A stretch of DNA of 64,000 bases from Alphaproteobacteria bacterium (GTDB lineage: Bacteria > Pseudomonadota > Alphaproteobacteria > MPNO01): contig OZ219865.1 of NCBI GenBank assembly GCA_964291675.2, positions 608,001 to 672,000 of the forward strand, read 5' to 3'. The position numbers were made by a program, and so were the translations under genes. Of the stretch, positions 1-9,576 are shown one piece after another; within the stretch, counting starts at the first letter, position 1; every line of letters begins with the position of its first letter. The notes below the pieces were generated by a model that was not told the origin of the DNA, did not search any database, and worked only from the letters and a program-made list of their open reading frames with translations.

Positions 1-976
1 CGCCGGCGGCGAAAAAATCCTCCATGTAGTGCTCGCCGACCGGCTTGAGGTTGACCAGGACGGGGGTCGTGTCCGAGAGCTCGTTGAACCAGGCGAGCGG
101 GACGTCGATGCCGGCGCGCCCGGCGATCGCGGTGAGGTGGATGACGGCGTTGGTCGAGCCGCCGAGCGCGAGCAGCACGCGAAGCGCGTTTTCCACCGCG
201 TCGCGGGTGACGATCCCGGTCGGCCTGACGGGGTCGCGCAGGAGCGCCATGGCGGCCGTCCCCGTCGCTTCCGCCGCGCGCAGCCGGTCGGCATGGACGG
301 CGGGAATCGCGGCGGTGCCCGGCAGGCAGAGGCCGAGCGTCTCGGCGATGCAGGCCATGGTGGAGGCCGTTCCCATCACCGCGCAGGTGCCGGCGGTGGT
401 CGCGAGCCTGCCCTCGACCGCGGCGATGTCGTCGGCCCCGATGGCGCCCGCCCTGTACTGCGCCCAGAAGCGGCGGCAGTCGGTGCAGGCGCCCAGCCGC
501 TCCCCGCCGTGGCGCGAGGTCATCATCGGACCGGCGACGAGCTGGATCGCCGGGCGGTCGGCGGAGATCGCGCCCATGAGCTGCGCCGGCACGGTCTTGT
601 CGCACCCGCCCATCAGCACGACGGCATCCATCGGCTGGGCGCGGATCATCTCCTCGGTGTCCATCGCCATCAGGTTGCGGAACTTGAGGCTGGTCGGGCT
701 GAGAAACACCTCGCCGAGCGAGATCGTGGGGAATTCGAGGGGCAGCCCGCCGGCGGCAAGGACCCCGCGCTTGACCGCCTCCAGAAGCTCGGGGAAGTGG
801 CGGTGGCAGTTGTTGAAGCCCGACGGCGTGCAGGCGATGCCGACGACCGGCCTGTCCAGCATGGCGTCGCCATAGCCCATCGACTTGGCGAAGGACTTGC
901 GCAGATAGATCGCGAAGTCGGCATCGCCGTAATTCGTCAGGCCGCGCGCGAGCCCCCGCCCTGGCTGGCCGGTCAC
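1..976 (-). CDS. Dihydroxy-acid dehydratase family (IlvD/Edd), runs off the left window edge
   Basis: Manual minus-strand translation (absent from the ORF track because it is truncated): LMGGCDKTV, GTCAVMGTASTMAC, LALGGSTNAVIHL. GTG start overlaps the upstream TGA (GTGA, 973-976). Confidence 0.9.
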   Translation of the reverse strand, partial: MTGQPGRGLARGLTNYGDADFAIYLRKSFAKSMGYGDAMLDRPVVGIACTPSGFNNCHRHFPELLEAVKRGVLAAGGLPLEFPTISLGEVFLSPTSLKFRNLMAMDTEEMIRAQPMDAVVLMGGCDKTVPAQLMGAISADRPAIQLVAGPMMTSRHGGERLGACTDCRRFWAQYRAGAIGADDIAAVEGRLATTAGTCAVMGTASTMACIAETLGLCLPGTAAIPAVHADRLRAAEATGTAAMALLRDPVRPTGIVTRDAVENALRVLLALGGSTNAVIHLTAIAGRAGIDVPLAWFNELSDTTPVLVNLKPVGEHYMEDFFAAG

Positions 977-2133
977 CGGATCGCCGCTTCCCTGTGCAGC
1001 ACGCTCGACCGCGGCTCCAGCGAGGCTGCGAGCGTCGCATGCAGGTAGCAGGTGCGCGCGGCGATCCGCATCAGCGTCTCGTAGGTCTCCAACTCCTCCC
1101 GCCGGTTCAGGAACAGATGCGTGTCGACCGGCCGGCCGGCCGCGATGTCCGCGGCGTCGGGGCAGTACTGGACAAGGCGCACGCCGTCGATGGCGAACTT
1201 CATGTGCTCGATATAGCGGTCGAGCTGGGTCATGAAGCAGAAGGCGAGCCCGGCCCACAGCAAGGCGAGCCCCCGCGGCGCCTCGTCCCGGTCGGCGCGT
1301 TCGTCGGATTTGAACGTGAAGTGGCTCGCGCCCGGCAGGGCGAGCCATGTCTCGGTCTCGGTGAGCCCGTCCCGCTGGACCAGCCGGCAGGAGCCGTCGA
1401 CGATCCTGACGATGCGGGTGGAGGTTCCCGCCGGCGCCGGCTCGACGGTTCCCGACTCCCGTTCGCCCGTCTTGCGGATGGGGTCGGCGGCGTGCGCCTG
1501 CTCGCCTTCGGGCGCCGGCGGCTCGGCATAGGTCGCGAAGGGGTCGGGTGCATCCGCAGCCTGGGAAGCGGGCATGGTCGTCAGGGGACGGCGCCGACCG
1601 TTGACGTAGAGGGCAAAGCCGGTCGCGACCGGCGACCGCATGACGGCAAGGGCAGGCGAGGCGTCGACGGCATCGTCGACCAGGGCCGAGACGGCTCCGC
1701 CGTCCGCCTCGGAACCGACCGCGACCTCGATCTCGGCCGGCTCCGCGAAACCCTGCCCGTCGCCCCGGAAGAACGACCCGGTCATCGAATAGAAGTTCTT
1801 CAGCCGGATCCCGAGCTCGGCGAGCCCGATGCCGCGCTCCTTCGCGAGCGCAACCAGCCGCCCGGCGAGATCGGCGTGCAGACCGGCATTGAAGAAGCCA
1901 AGCGGGAACGGGGCGAGGTCGGTGCCGCCGAGATGGACGCCCTCGTCGCTGACGACGCGCCACGCGCCGGGCTCCCCTCCCAGGCGGACCACCGCCTCCT
2001 TCTGGTGCGCCGAGGCCATCTTGCGTGCCTCGACGACGCAGGCCCCGCTTGCCGCCGCGGGATGCCCCGCGCGGGCGCTCGTGCGGAAGCCGAGCGGAAA
2101 GCCCGATCCTTCTATTGTGTCGGTTACCGGCAT
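973..2133 (-). CDS. Tandem OsmC/Ohr-like domain protein
   Basis: Two repeats of the SDE..G.D.AP pattern (SDEGVHLGGTDLAPFP; SDERADRDEAPRG..AFCFMTQ..RTCYLH). ATG at 2133 with GAGG upstream. Confidence 0.7.
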   Translation of the reverse strand: MPVTDTIEGSGFPLGFRTSARAGHPAAASGACVVEARKMASAHQKEAVVRLGGEPGAWRVVSDEGVHLGGTDLAPFPLGFFNAGLHADLAGRLVALAKERGIGLAELGIRLKNFYSMTGSFFRGDGQGFAEPAEIEVAVGSEADGGAVSALVDDAVDASPALAVMRSPVATGFALYVNGRRRPLTTMPASQAADAPDPFATYAEPPAPEGEQAHAADPIRKTGERESGTVEPAPAGTSTRIVRIVDGSCRLVQRDGLTETETWLALPGASHFTFKSDERADRDEAPRGLALLWAGLAFCFMTQLDRYIEHMKFAIDGVRLVQYCPDAADIAAGRPVDTHLFLNRREELETYETLMRIAARTCYLHATLAASLEPRSSVLHREAAIR

Positions 2134-2140
2134 TTGGCCC

Positions 2141-3247
2141 TCAATGCACCGATCTGTACTTCGCGAGCCTCGCTTCGTCGACGGCGATGCCGAGGCCCGG
2201 ACGGTCCGGCGGGCGGAGACGGCCGCCGACGATCCGAAGCCTCTCTGCGACGATGTCGTCGGCGAGGTACTGGCAGGTGATGCTGGTGTCCCAGTCGAGC
2301 TGCGGGACGGCGAGCGCGAGATGCGCGACCGCCGCACTGGCGATGCCGGTCTCCGCGACCTTGCCGGCGAGATTGACATGCATGCCGAGGTCGCGCATCA
2401 GCCGCGCCGCGTCCATCACGGCGAAGGCGCCGCCGAGCTTGATGGTCTTGAGGCTGCCGCCGCTCGCCGCCCCGGCCTCGCTGTGCCGGCGGATGTCGGC
2501 GACGGAATGCAGCCCCTCGTCGGCGCCGAGCGGGACGCTGGAAGAACGCGCGCAGGCCGCCATGCCTTCGAGGTCGTCGGCCGCGACGAGCTGCTCCATG
2601 AAGTCGAGCCCGGCCTGCGCCGCGCCTTCGGCGAAGCGAAGCGCGTCGTCCCTGCCATAGCCCTGGTTCGCGTCGGCCGAGATGCGCACCTCGCTCCCCG
2701 CCGCCGCGCGCACGGCGGCGACCCGCTCCAGGTCGCGCTCGGGCGTGAAGGTGCCGACCTTCACCTTGAAGGCGGAGAACCCGGCCGCGAGCTGTTGCCG
2801 CGCGCTGTCGAGCTCGCTCTCCAGATCGCTGCCCGCGACCATCGTCAGCATGACCGCCTCGCCGCGCACCCTGCCGCCCAGCAGCTCGCAGACGGGCCGG
2901 TTTGCGCGCTTCCCCATCAGGTCGACCAATGCGATCTCGATCGCCGCCTTGGCGCCGTGGTTGCCGTAGATCAGCTTCTCGATCGTCCGGTACAGCTCCG
3001 CCGGCTCGCCGACCTCGGCCCCCTCCAGGCGTTCGGCCATGAACCGGGCCGCCGCTACCATGCCCTCGGCCGTCTCTCCGGTCATCAGCGGGGCGGAGGC
3101 CGCCTCGCCCCAGCCGAAATTGCCCTCCCCGTCGCCGACGCGGACGACGAGGTTGTCCGCCGACAGGATCTCCTCGCCCGCCATCCTGATCGGCGCTTCG
3201 AGCGGGATGCTGACCGCGCAGCAATCGATACCCGAAATTCTGAACAT
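2141..3247 (-). CDS. Mandelate racemase/muconate cycloisomerase (enolase superfamily) protein
   Basis: GWGEA, FKVKVG (KxK), DANQG, EQ, ADEG metal ligands; 368 aa. Confidence 0.88.
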   Translation of the reverse strand: MFRISGIDCCAVSIPLEAPIRMAGEEILSADNLVVRVGDGEGNFGWGEAASAPLMTGETAEGMVAAARFMAERLEGAEVGEPAELYRTIEKLIYGNHGAKAAIEIALVDLMGKRANRPVCELLGGRVRGEAVMLTMVAGSDLESELDSARQQLAAGFSAFKVKVGTFTPERDLERVAAVRAAAGSEVRISADANQGYGRDDALRFAEGAAQAGLDFMEQLVAADDLEGMAACARSSSVPLGADEGLHSVADIRRHSEAGAASGGSLKTIKLGGAFAVMDAARLMRDLGMHVNLAGKVAETGIASAAVAHLALAVPQLDWDTSITCQYLADDIVAERLRIVGGRLRPPDRPGLGIAVDEARLAKYRSVH

Positions 3248-3410
3248 GACCGGACACCTCCAGAGCCTGCGGTCATCATGCGGCCGGATCGCGCCAACAC
3301 AAGCCCGCCGGGCCGCGCGCCCCCTTGAAGCCTCTCTCCCTCCTCTCCATCATCCGCACCCGGTGTCCCGGTTCCGAAGTTTCATGTCTTTCGACGCCGC
3401 GTCACTTCCC

Positions 3411-3500
3411 GTCATGCCCGGACTCGTTCCGGGCATCCAATTCGACAGGCTGTTTCGGGGCGGCGGCTGCATGGATGGCCGGAACGAGTCCGGCCATGAC
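3411..3500. repeat. REP-like palindromic element, family A (GTCATGSCCGG...CCGGSCATGAC)
   Basis: GTCATGCCCGGACTCGTTCCGGGCATCCA ... TGGATGGCCGGAACGAGTCCGGCCATGAC inverted arms, each itself palindromic; related copies at 10951 and 11518. Confidence 0.85.
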
Positions 3501-3529
3501 GGCGGTAGATAAGCGGAGGGGTTGAAGCC

Positions 3530-4561
3530 TTGAACGGGACGATCGCCATACTCGGCACTGGCGCCAACGGAAGCTGCGTCGCCGTGGACCTGGTCCGCGC
3601 CGGGCACGACGTCACCCTGATCGACCAGTGGCCCGAGCACGTGGAGGCGATGCGGGCGAACGGCCTCACTGTGCGGTGGCCGGAAGAGACGGTGCACGCC
3701 GCGGTCGACGCCCATCACCTCTGCGACCTGTGCGCGCTCAACCGGACCTTCGACCATGTGTTCCTGATGGTGAAGGCCTACGACACCGGCTGGGCGGCGC
3801 GGCTGATCGAGCCCTACCTCGCCCCGGACGGGCTGATGGTGGGCATCCAGAACGCGATGACCGCGGGCGAGATCGCGGAGACGGTCGGTACCGACAGGAC
3901 CGTGGGCTGCGTGATCGAGCTGTCGGCGGAGCTGTTTACCCCGGGCATCGCGCAGCGCAACACGCCGCCAAGCGGAACCTGGCTCGGGATCGGCGCGCTG
4001 GATGCGGCGATGGCCGGCAGGCTGACGGAGCTTGAGGAGATCCTCGCCGACATCGGCACGGTCTCGGTGTGCGACGATATCGTGGCCGCCAAGTGGATGA
4101 AGCTGGTGGTCAACTCGATGAGCCTGGGCCCGGTCGCCATGCTGGGGCTTCCGGTCGCCGAAGCCGCCCGCCTGCCCGGGTTCCGCGATTTCCTCATGAA
4201 GGTCGGCACGGAGTCGCTCGCTGTCGGGCAGCAGCGGGAATACCGCATCCAGCCGCTCTTCGGCTTGACGCCCGACGACATCGCGGAGTCCAACAGGCTG
4301 CTGGAAACCCTGTTCGACAAGCTGGTGGCCGATATCGGGCCGGCGGCGCGTGACTGCGTGCTGCAGGACCACCTGAAGAGGCGCTACAGCGAGGTCGACC
4401 TGATCAACGGCCTGGTCGCGGAAGAGAGCCTCGCGGTAGGCCGGCCGGCCCCCGCCAACGCGGCGGTGGTCGAGATCGCGCGGCGCATCCGCAACGGAGA
4501 GCTCGTACCCGAGCCCGCCAATTTCGAACGCGCGCTGGAGGCGATGCGCGCCGCCGACTGA
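3530..4561 (+). CDS. Ketopantoate reductase (PanE/ApbA) family oxidoreductase
   Basis: GTGANG Rossmann motif, VKAYD, IQNA, KWMKLVVN, LQD..SEVDLING; TTG start after GGAGG. Confidence 0.82.
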   Translation: MNGTIAILGTGANGSCVAVDLVRAGHDVTLIDQWPEHVEAMRANGLTVRWPEETVHAAVDAHHLCDLCALNRTFDHVFLMVKAYDTGWAARLIEPYLAPDGLMVGIQNAMTAGEIAETVGTDRTVGCVIELSAELFTPGIAQRNTPPSGTWLGIGALDAAMAGRLTELEEILADIGTVSVCDDIVAAKWMKLVVNSMSLGPVAMLGLPVAEAARLPGFRDFLMKVGTESLAVGQQREYRIQPLFGLTPDDIAESNRLLETLFDKLVADIGPAARDCVLQDHLKRRYSEVDLINGLVAEESLAVGRPAPANAAVVEIARRIRNGELVPEPANFERALEAMRAAD

Positions 4562-4586
4562 GCGTCGCGAGGACGAGCGGCGCGGG

Positions 4587-4692
4587 CGTCCTTCGACACG
4601 CGGCTTCGCCGCTACTCAGGACGAGGGCATCGGTTGGGCCACTTGCATTTCCCTCATCCTGAGCAGCCCCCGAAGGGGCCTATAGAAGGACG
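4587..4692. repeat. REP/REPIN-like palindromic element, family B
   Basis: CGTCCTTCGACAC-hairpin-TACTCAGGACGAGGG ... CCCTCATCCTGAGCA-hairpin-TATAGAAGGACG between convergent genes; copies at 56541 and 62031. Confidence 0.85.
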
Positions 4693-4696
4693 AAGC

Positions 4697-5581
4697 TCAG
4701 CCGGCGTCGCGGCGTTCGCGAATGCGTTCGAAATCGCGGTAGAGCAGCGAGAAATCGTCCTCCGACATGCCGAGGTCGAGCGCCGCCTGGAGAAAGCGGT
4801 GGGTGGCGCCCGATCAGGCCGCGTCCGCCCCGCTGGCCTCGGCCAGGCGCATGGCCATATCCCGATCCTTGCCGAGATTGTGGATCCGCGACCGGGCGTC
4901 CCAGCCGCCCGACAGGATGCGCCGGGGGAAGCGGAATTCGCTCGCATAGCTCCGGGCATCGGAGACGTTGAACACGGCGATCATGGCGTCCAGGCCGAGC
5001 CCCGCCCTCTCGCACAGCCTTCCGCCCTCGCAGGTCGCGAGGAACACGGTGTGGCAGACCATGTTGTGGACCAGCTTCATGGTGTGGCCGGCGCCGCTGT
5101 CGCCGAGATGGAAGACATTGGCGGCGATCGCATCGAGCAAATGCCGGGTCCGCTCGAAAGCGGTCCTGTCGCCGCCGACCATCAGCGTCAGCGTGCCCGC
5201 ATCGGCGCGCGAGGCGCCGCCGCTCATGCCGGCGTCGAGATAGGGAACGCCTCCCGCCGCCGCCCGTTCCGCCAGCCGCCGCGTGTCGTCGGGATACGAT
5301 GTCGTCAGGTCGTAGATCGCCGCTCCGTCCGTGGCTGCGGCGAGAAGCGGGCCGAGACCGGCCTCGATATCGGGGGTCGCCGGGACCGCGAAGAAGATCG
5401 TGGCACCCGCCACCGCCATCTCTTCGGGAGCAGCGAGGGCGACCTCTTCCGCGATGCGCCGGCGGGCGTCTTCGGAAATATCCCACCCCGCCGTCGCATG
5501 CCCGGCGCGGGCGAGGTTGCGGGCGATCCCGCCGCCCATGTTGCCGAGCCCGACGACGCCGACTTCGATCTCCGGTTGCAT
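4697..5581 (-). pseudogene. 3-hydroxyisobutyrate/6-PGDH-family NAD(P)-dependent oxidoreductase interrupted by an in-frame TGA at 4814-4816 (pseudogene, sequence error or readthrough)
   Basis: GVVGLGNMG, LDAGMSGG, LMVGG, MKLVHN. After the TGA the same frame continues for 38 sense codons (SGATHRFLQAALDLGMSEDDFSLLYRDF...), resembling the family C-terminal DFS helix. Confidence 0.6.
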
Positions 5582-5790
5582 GGCATTCCTTTCCGTCCCG
5601 AAACCGCGCGCCAGAAGGTCAACCCGTCTGCCGGTTCCCCGCCCCGCGGCCCATCGCAAGCCAGGCGAACCTGCCGGCCACCAGCACCGCGACGGGGACC
5701 GCGAATAGCGCGATGAAGGTCCCGAACACGGGCTTTGCCTGACGGGATAAACAGGGGAATATGGACCGACTGCAAGGGTGGAGGAACGGC

Positions 5791-6327
5791 ATGGACCCGC
5801 AGAGCATCTCGAAGCAGGACATGGAGCGCTGCGTCGCCCGGTTCTCCGAACTCCGGGGATCGGGCGAGGCCTATATCGACACCCGCCTCCCCGGTCACCG
5901 GCGGCTCAAGATCAACCTGATCGGCATGGGCGTCGTCGAAGCGTCCGACGATCCGGATCTCGCCCCCAACATCCCGCTGCCTGCGCACGGCTTCAACCTC
6001 GGCATGATCCAGGCGGAGCACGGCAACGGCGCCGCGCTGCACGCGCACGACACCGAGGAGGTCTTCATGCCGCTGGTCGGCCGCTGGGCCGTCACCTGGC
6101 TCGCCGACGGGGAAGAACGGGAGATCGAGCTCGACCCGTTCGACACGATCAGCGTGCCGATCGGCGTCTATCGCGGCTTCCGCTATGTCGGCGAGGGGAC
6201 GGGCACCCTGCTGACGCTGATCGGCGGGCCCGAGGCCGGCAAGGTCCACTGGCACCCGGATGTGGTCTCGGCGGCGGCGGAGACCGGGCTCTCGCGCGAC
6301 GAGGCGGGACTGCTGGAGACCGCCTGA
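5791..6327 (+). CDS. Cupin domain protein
   Basis: LHAHDTEEVF and PIGVYRGF cupin motifs; GGAGG upstream of ATG 5791. Confidence 0.8.
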   Translation: MDPQSISKQDMERCVARFSELRGSGEAYIDTRLPGHRRLKINLIGMGVVEASDDPDLAPNIPLPAHGFNLGMIQAEHGNGAALHAHDTEEVFMPLVGRWAVTWLADGEEREIELDPFDTISVPIGVYRGFRYVGEGTGTLLTLIGGPEAGKVHWHPDVVSAAAETGLSRDEAGLLETA

Positions 6328-6333
6328 GCTCCG

Positions 6334-7218
6334 TCAGAACCGGTAGAACGCCGCCGGCGTGTCGACCATCACGGCGCGCCGCATCGCCTCGTCCCCCACC
6401 CAGTCGCCGAAGGCGTCGACGAGGTCGCCGTCATTGGGGTTGACTTCGTACTTGTTGGGGTGCGGCCAGTCGGTGCCCCACATGATGCGCCCCGGCGCGG
6501 CCTCGATCAGCGCCTCGGCCATCGGCTTCACGTCGTCATAGGGCGGCAGGTCGGTCTCGCTGACCCGGTTGGCGCCGGAGATCTTGATCCAGGTATTGCC
6601 CTCGCGCACCAGGTCGAGCAGCGCCCGGAACCCGTCCGCGGAGACGCCCGCGGTCGCCGGCTGGTAGGCGAAATGGGCGATCGACATGGGCACGGTGAGC
6701 GCCCTGAAGACCGGCATCAGGTTGAGAATGTCCTTGCCGGGAAACAGGAACTCGACATGCCATTCGAAGGGCGCGATGCGGGCGGCGAGCTCGGGTATCT
6801 GGTCGAGCCTGAGCGGCATGCCGCCCTTGTTGTCCATGTTGAGCCGGATGCCGCGCGCGCCGTCTGCGTCGAGCGCGGCCACCTCATCGTCGGTGAAATC
6901 CATGGTCAGCGCGACGACCGCGCGGGCGCGCCCGGGCGTCCGGTCGTTCAGCGACGCCACCCCGTCCATGATCGCCGAGTTGTCGACGCCGTAGACCGAG
7001 GGCTGGGTGAACACCACCCGGTCCACGCCGAGCGTTTCGTGCAGGTGCTCGAGATCGGCGAGCGTCGATTCGGGCGGGTTGTAGCCGCGCCCGGGCGACA
7101 GCTCGTAGCGGTCCTCGAAGACGTGGACATGGGTGTCGACCGCGCCCGCGGGCAGGGAGATTTTGGGCTTCCGCGGGCTGCGGTCGGGCGGCAGGCAGTT
7201 TCTTATTCCGGCGTTCAT
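6334..7218 (-). CDS. Amidohydrolase-2 family lactonase (LigI-like)
   Basis: DTHVH, QPSVYGVDN, RGIRLN, WIKISG, WGTDWPHP; GGAG before ATG 7218. Confidence 0.82.
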   Translation of the reverse strand: MNAGIRNCLPPDRSPRKPKISLPAGAVDTHVHVFEDRYELSPGRGYNPPESTLADLEHLHETLGVDRVVFTQPSVYGVDNSAIMDGVASLNDRTPGRARAVVALTMDFTDDEVAALDADGARGIRLNMDNKGGMPLRLDQIPELAARIAPFEWHVEFLFPGKDILNLMPVFRALTVPMSIAHFAYQPATAGVSADGFRALLDLVREGNTWIKISGANRVSETDLPPYDDVKPMAEALIEAAPGRIMWGTDWPHPNKYEVNPNDGDLVDAFGDWVGDEAMRRAVMVDTPAAFYRF

Positions 7219-7235
7219 TTCGCTCCTCCGGCAGG

Positions 7236-7985
7236 TCAGCCGCGCCCGACGAAGGGCATCTTGGTCGCCATGATGGTCACGAACAGGACGTTCGATTCCA
7301 GCGGCAGCCCGGCGATATGGGCGATCATCTCGCCGCAATGATCGGGGTCCATCACCGCCTCCGCCATGATCTCGCCGTTGGCCTGGGGCACGCCGTGCTT
7401 CATGCGGCCCGCCATCGGGGTGTCGGCGTTGCCGATATCGATCTGGCTGCAGGCGATGTCGTGCTTGCGCCCGTCGAGCGCGATGCTCTTGGTCAGCCCG
7501 GTGACGGCGTGCTTGGTCGCGGTGTAGGCGACGGTGTCGGGGCGGGGCGCGTGCGCCGAGACCGAGCCGTTGTTGATGATCCGCCCGCCCTTCGGGGTCT
7601 GGCTCTTCATGATGGCGACGGCTTCGCGGGCGCAGAGGAAGGAGCCCGTCAGGTTCACGTCGACCACCCGCTTCCAGTCCTCGACCGGGAGGTCCTCCAT
7701 CGGGATTCGCGGCGCGCCCGTGCCGGCGTTGTTGAACAGCAGGTCGAGCCGCCCCATGGTCTCCCCGATCCTGGCGAACAGCGCCAGCACCTGGTCGGGA
7801 TCGGCCACGTCGGTCGGCACCACCAGCATTTCGCCGCCGGCCATCGCGGCGGTCTCCTCCAGCGGCTCCCTGCGGCGGCCGGCGAGCACCATGCGCCAGC
7901 CCGCCCTGTGCAGCGCAAGCACGGCCGCGCGCCCAATCCCGGTGCCGGCCCCCGTCACCACGGCGACCTTCGTTTCAGACTTCAT
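7236..7985 (-). CDS. SDR family oxidoreductase
   Basis: [17 protein letters not shown]. Confidence 0.92.
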   Translation of the reverse strand: MKSETKVAVVTGAGTGIGRAAVLALHRAGWRMVLAGRRREPLEETAAMAGGEMLVVPTDVADPDQVLALFARIGETMGRLDLLFNNAGTGAPRIPMEDLPVEDWKRVVDVNLTGSFLCAREAVAIMKSQTPKGGRIINNGSVSAHAPRPDTVAYTATKHAVTGLTKSIALDGRKHDIACSQIDIGNADTPMAGRMKHGVPQANGEIMAEAVMDPDHCGEMIAHIAGLPLESNVLFVTIMATKMPFVGRG

Positions 7986-8109
7986 TTCGGGTCATCCCGG
8001 GTTTCGTCCCCACGCGATGGGTGGATCGGCCGACAAGCGCCGAATCGGAGGGGAGACCGTATAGCGGAACCCCGGCGCGCGTCCAAGGCCGCGGCATCGG
8101 GGCCACCTG

Positions 8110-9576
8110 TCAGAAGATGCGAAAATACTCGCGCTGCTCCCAGTCGGTGACGTCCGACAGGAAGCGGGCGATCTCGGCCTCCTTGATCATGCAGATATAG
8201 TCGACGAAGGGCGCGCCGAGCGCCGCCTCGAAGGCCCGGTCCGCGCGCAGCGCCGCCACCGCCTCGATCAGGCTTTTGGGCAAAGGCGGCGCGTCGGCGT
8301 CGTAGGGCGTCTCGGTCGCCGCTCCGGGATCGGCCTGCCGGTCGATTCCGTCGAGGCCGGAGACGATCTGCGAGGCGAGGTAGAGATAGGGGTTGGCGGC
8401 CGGCTCGCCGGCGCGGTTCTCGATTCTGGTGCCGGGCTCCCCCGCCCCGCCGACGATGCGCAGCATGGCGCCCCGGTTGTCGCGCGACCAGGCGGCGCGG
8501 TCGGGGGCCAGCGAGAACGCCCTAAAACGCTTGTAGCCGTTGATCGTCGGTGTGGTGAACACCGATGCGGCGCGCGCATGCTCCAGTATGCCGGCGGCGA
8601 AGCGGCGGCCGAGCGCGGACAGCAGCGCTTCCTCGCCGTCCTCCTCCCCGGGCATGAACAGCTTGCGTCCCGTCCCGCGCTCGCCGAGCGACTGGTGCAG
8701 GTGCCAGCCGCTCGCGAAGACGTTCTCTATCTGCGGCCGGCACATGAAGGTTGCGTGATAGCCGTGGCGCGCGCAGACCTGCTTGACCGCGTTGCGGAAC
8801 AGGATCATCGCGTCGGCGGATTCGAGCCCGCCGCGCGGCTGGAACGTCACCTCGACCTGGCTCGGCCCGAACTCGACCTCGAGCGAGCGGAGCGGCAGGT
8901 CGAGCGCCACCAGCGCGCGTCTCAGCACCGCGAGGATCGGGTCGAGCTCGTCGAGCCGGATCTCGGTCAGATACTGGTAGCCGTGGGTGAGCAGCGAGAC
9001 CTCGGGCGGTGCGGCCGGCTGGCCGGCGCCTTGCGCCTCCATCCTCGGGTCTTCGAGGCGGAAGATGTGGAACTCGACCTCGATGCCGGCGACATAGTCC
9101 CAGCCCCGCTCGGCGACACGGGCCAGCATGGCGCGGCACACATCGCGCGTGGAGTACGGAATCGCTCGCCCGTCCGGCCAGCGGATGTCGCACAGCACCC
9201 AGCCGGTCGCCGGTGCCCAGGGCAGCACGCGGAAGGTCCGAGGGTCGGCGACCATCAGGAAATCCGCGGCGCCGGTAAGCTCGGGCGCGTCGATCCCGGC
9301 GCCGGGGCGGAACACCGGCGGCACGGTCTTGTGCGCGGTGTCCTTGACCAGCAGCGTCGAGGTCATCGACACGCCGCCCGCGAGCGCGGCCGCAGCCTCG
9401 CCCGCCGTCACCGCCTTGCCGCGCAGGATTCCGTGCTGGTCGGGGAAGGAGAAGCGGACGATTTCGATGCCGTCGGCCTCGATGCGGCGCAGCATCTCGG
9501 TCGCCGCCTCGCGTGCGGCATCGTCCCACAGCCCGTGGCGTTCGACGAAGCCGGCCCGGCCGCTCGATCCCGTCAC
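8110..9576 (-). CDS. Glutamine synthetase-like (gamma-glutamyl ligase) protein
   Basis: GILRGK, GIEVEF, EFGPSQVE, SGWHLHQSL, DNRGAMLR, RIENR; GTG start overlaps the Rieske gene stop (GTGA). Confidence 0.88.
   Translation of the reverse strand: MTGSSGRAGFVERHGLWDDAAREAATEMLRRIEADGIEIVRFSFPDQHGILRGKAVTAGEAAAALAGGVSMTSTLLVKDTAHKTVPPVFRPGAGIDAPELTGAADFLMVADPRTFRVLPWAPATGWVLCDIRWPDGRAIPYSTRDVCRAMLARVAERGWDYVAGIEVEFHIFRLEDPRMEAQGAGQPAAPPEVSLLTHGYQYLTEIRLDELDPILAVLRRALVALDLPLRSLEVEFGPSQVEVTFQPRGGLESADAMILFRNAVKQVCARHGYHATFMCRPQIENVFASGWHLHQSLGERGTGRKLFMPGEEDGEEALLSALGRRFAAGILEHARAASVFTTPTINGYKRFRAFSLAPDRAAWSRDNRGAMLRIVGGAGEPGTRIENRAGEPAANPYLYLASQIVSGLDGIDRQADPGAATETPYDADAPPLPKSLIEAVAALRADRAFEAALGAPFVDYICMIKEAEIARFLSDVTDWEQREYFRIF

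Noticed and set aside
4587-4692. Repeat-spacer-repeat units as a mini CRISPR or tRNA-like gene
   Set aside because: The arms are inverted rather than direct, copies are dispersed singly, there are no cas genes, and no tRNA D/T-loop consensus is present.
8110-9576. Housekeeping glnA
   Set aside because: Divergent sequence, no glnB context, and coupling to a Rieske oxygenase; better described as GS-like.
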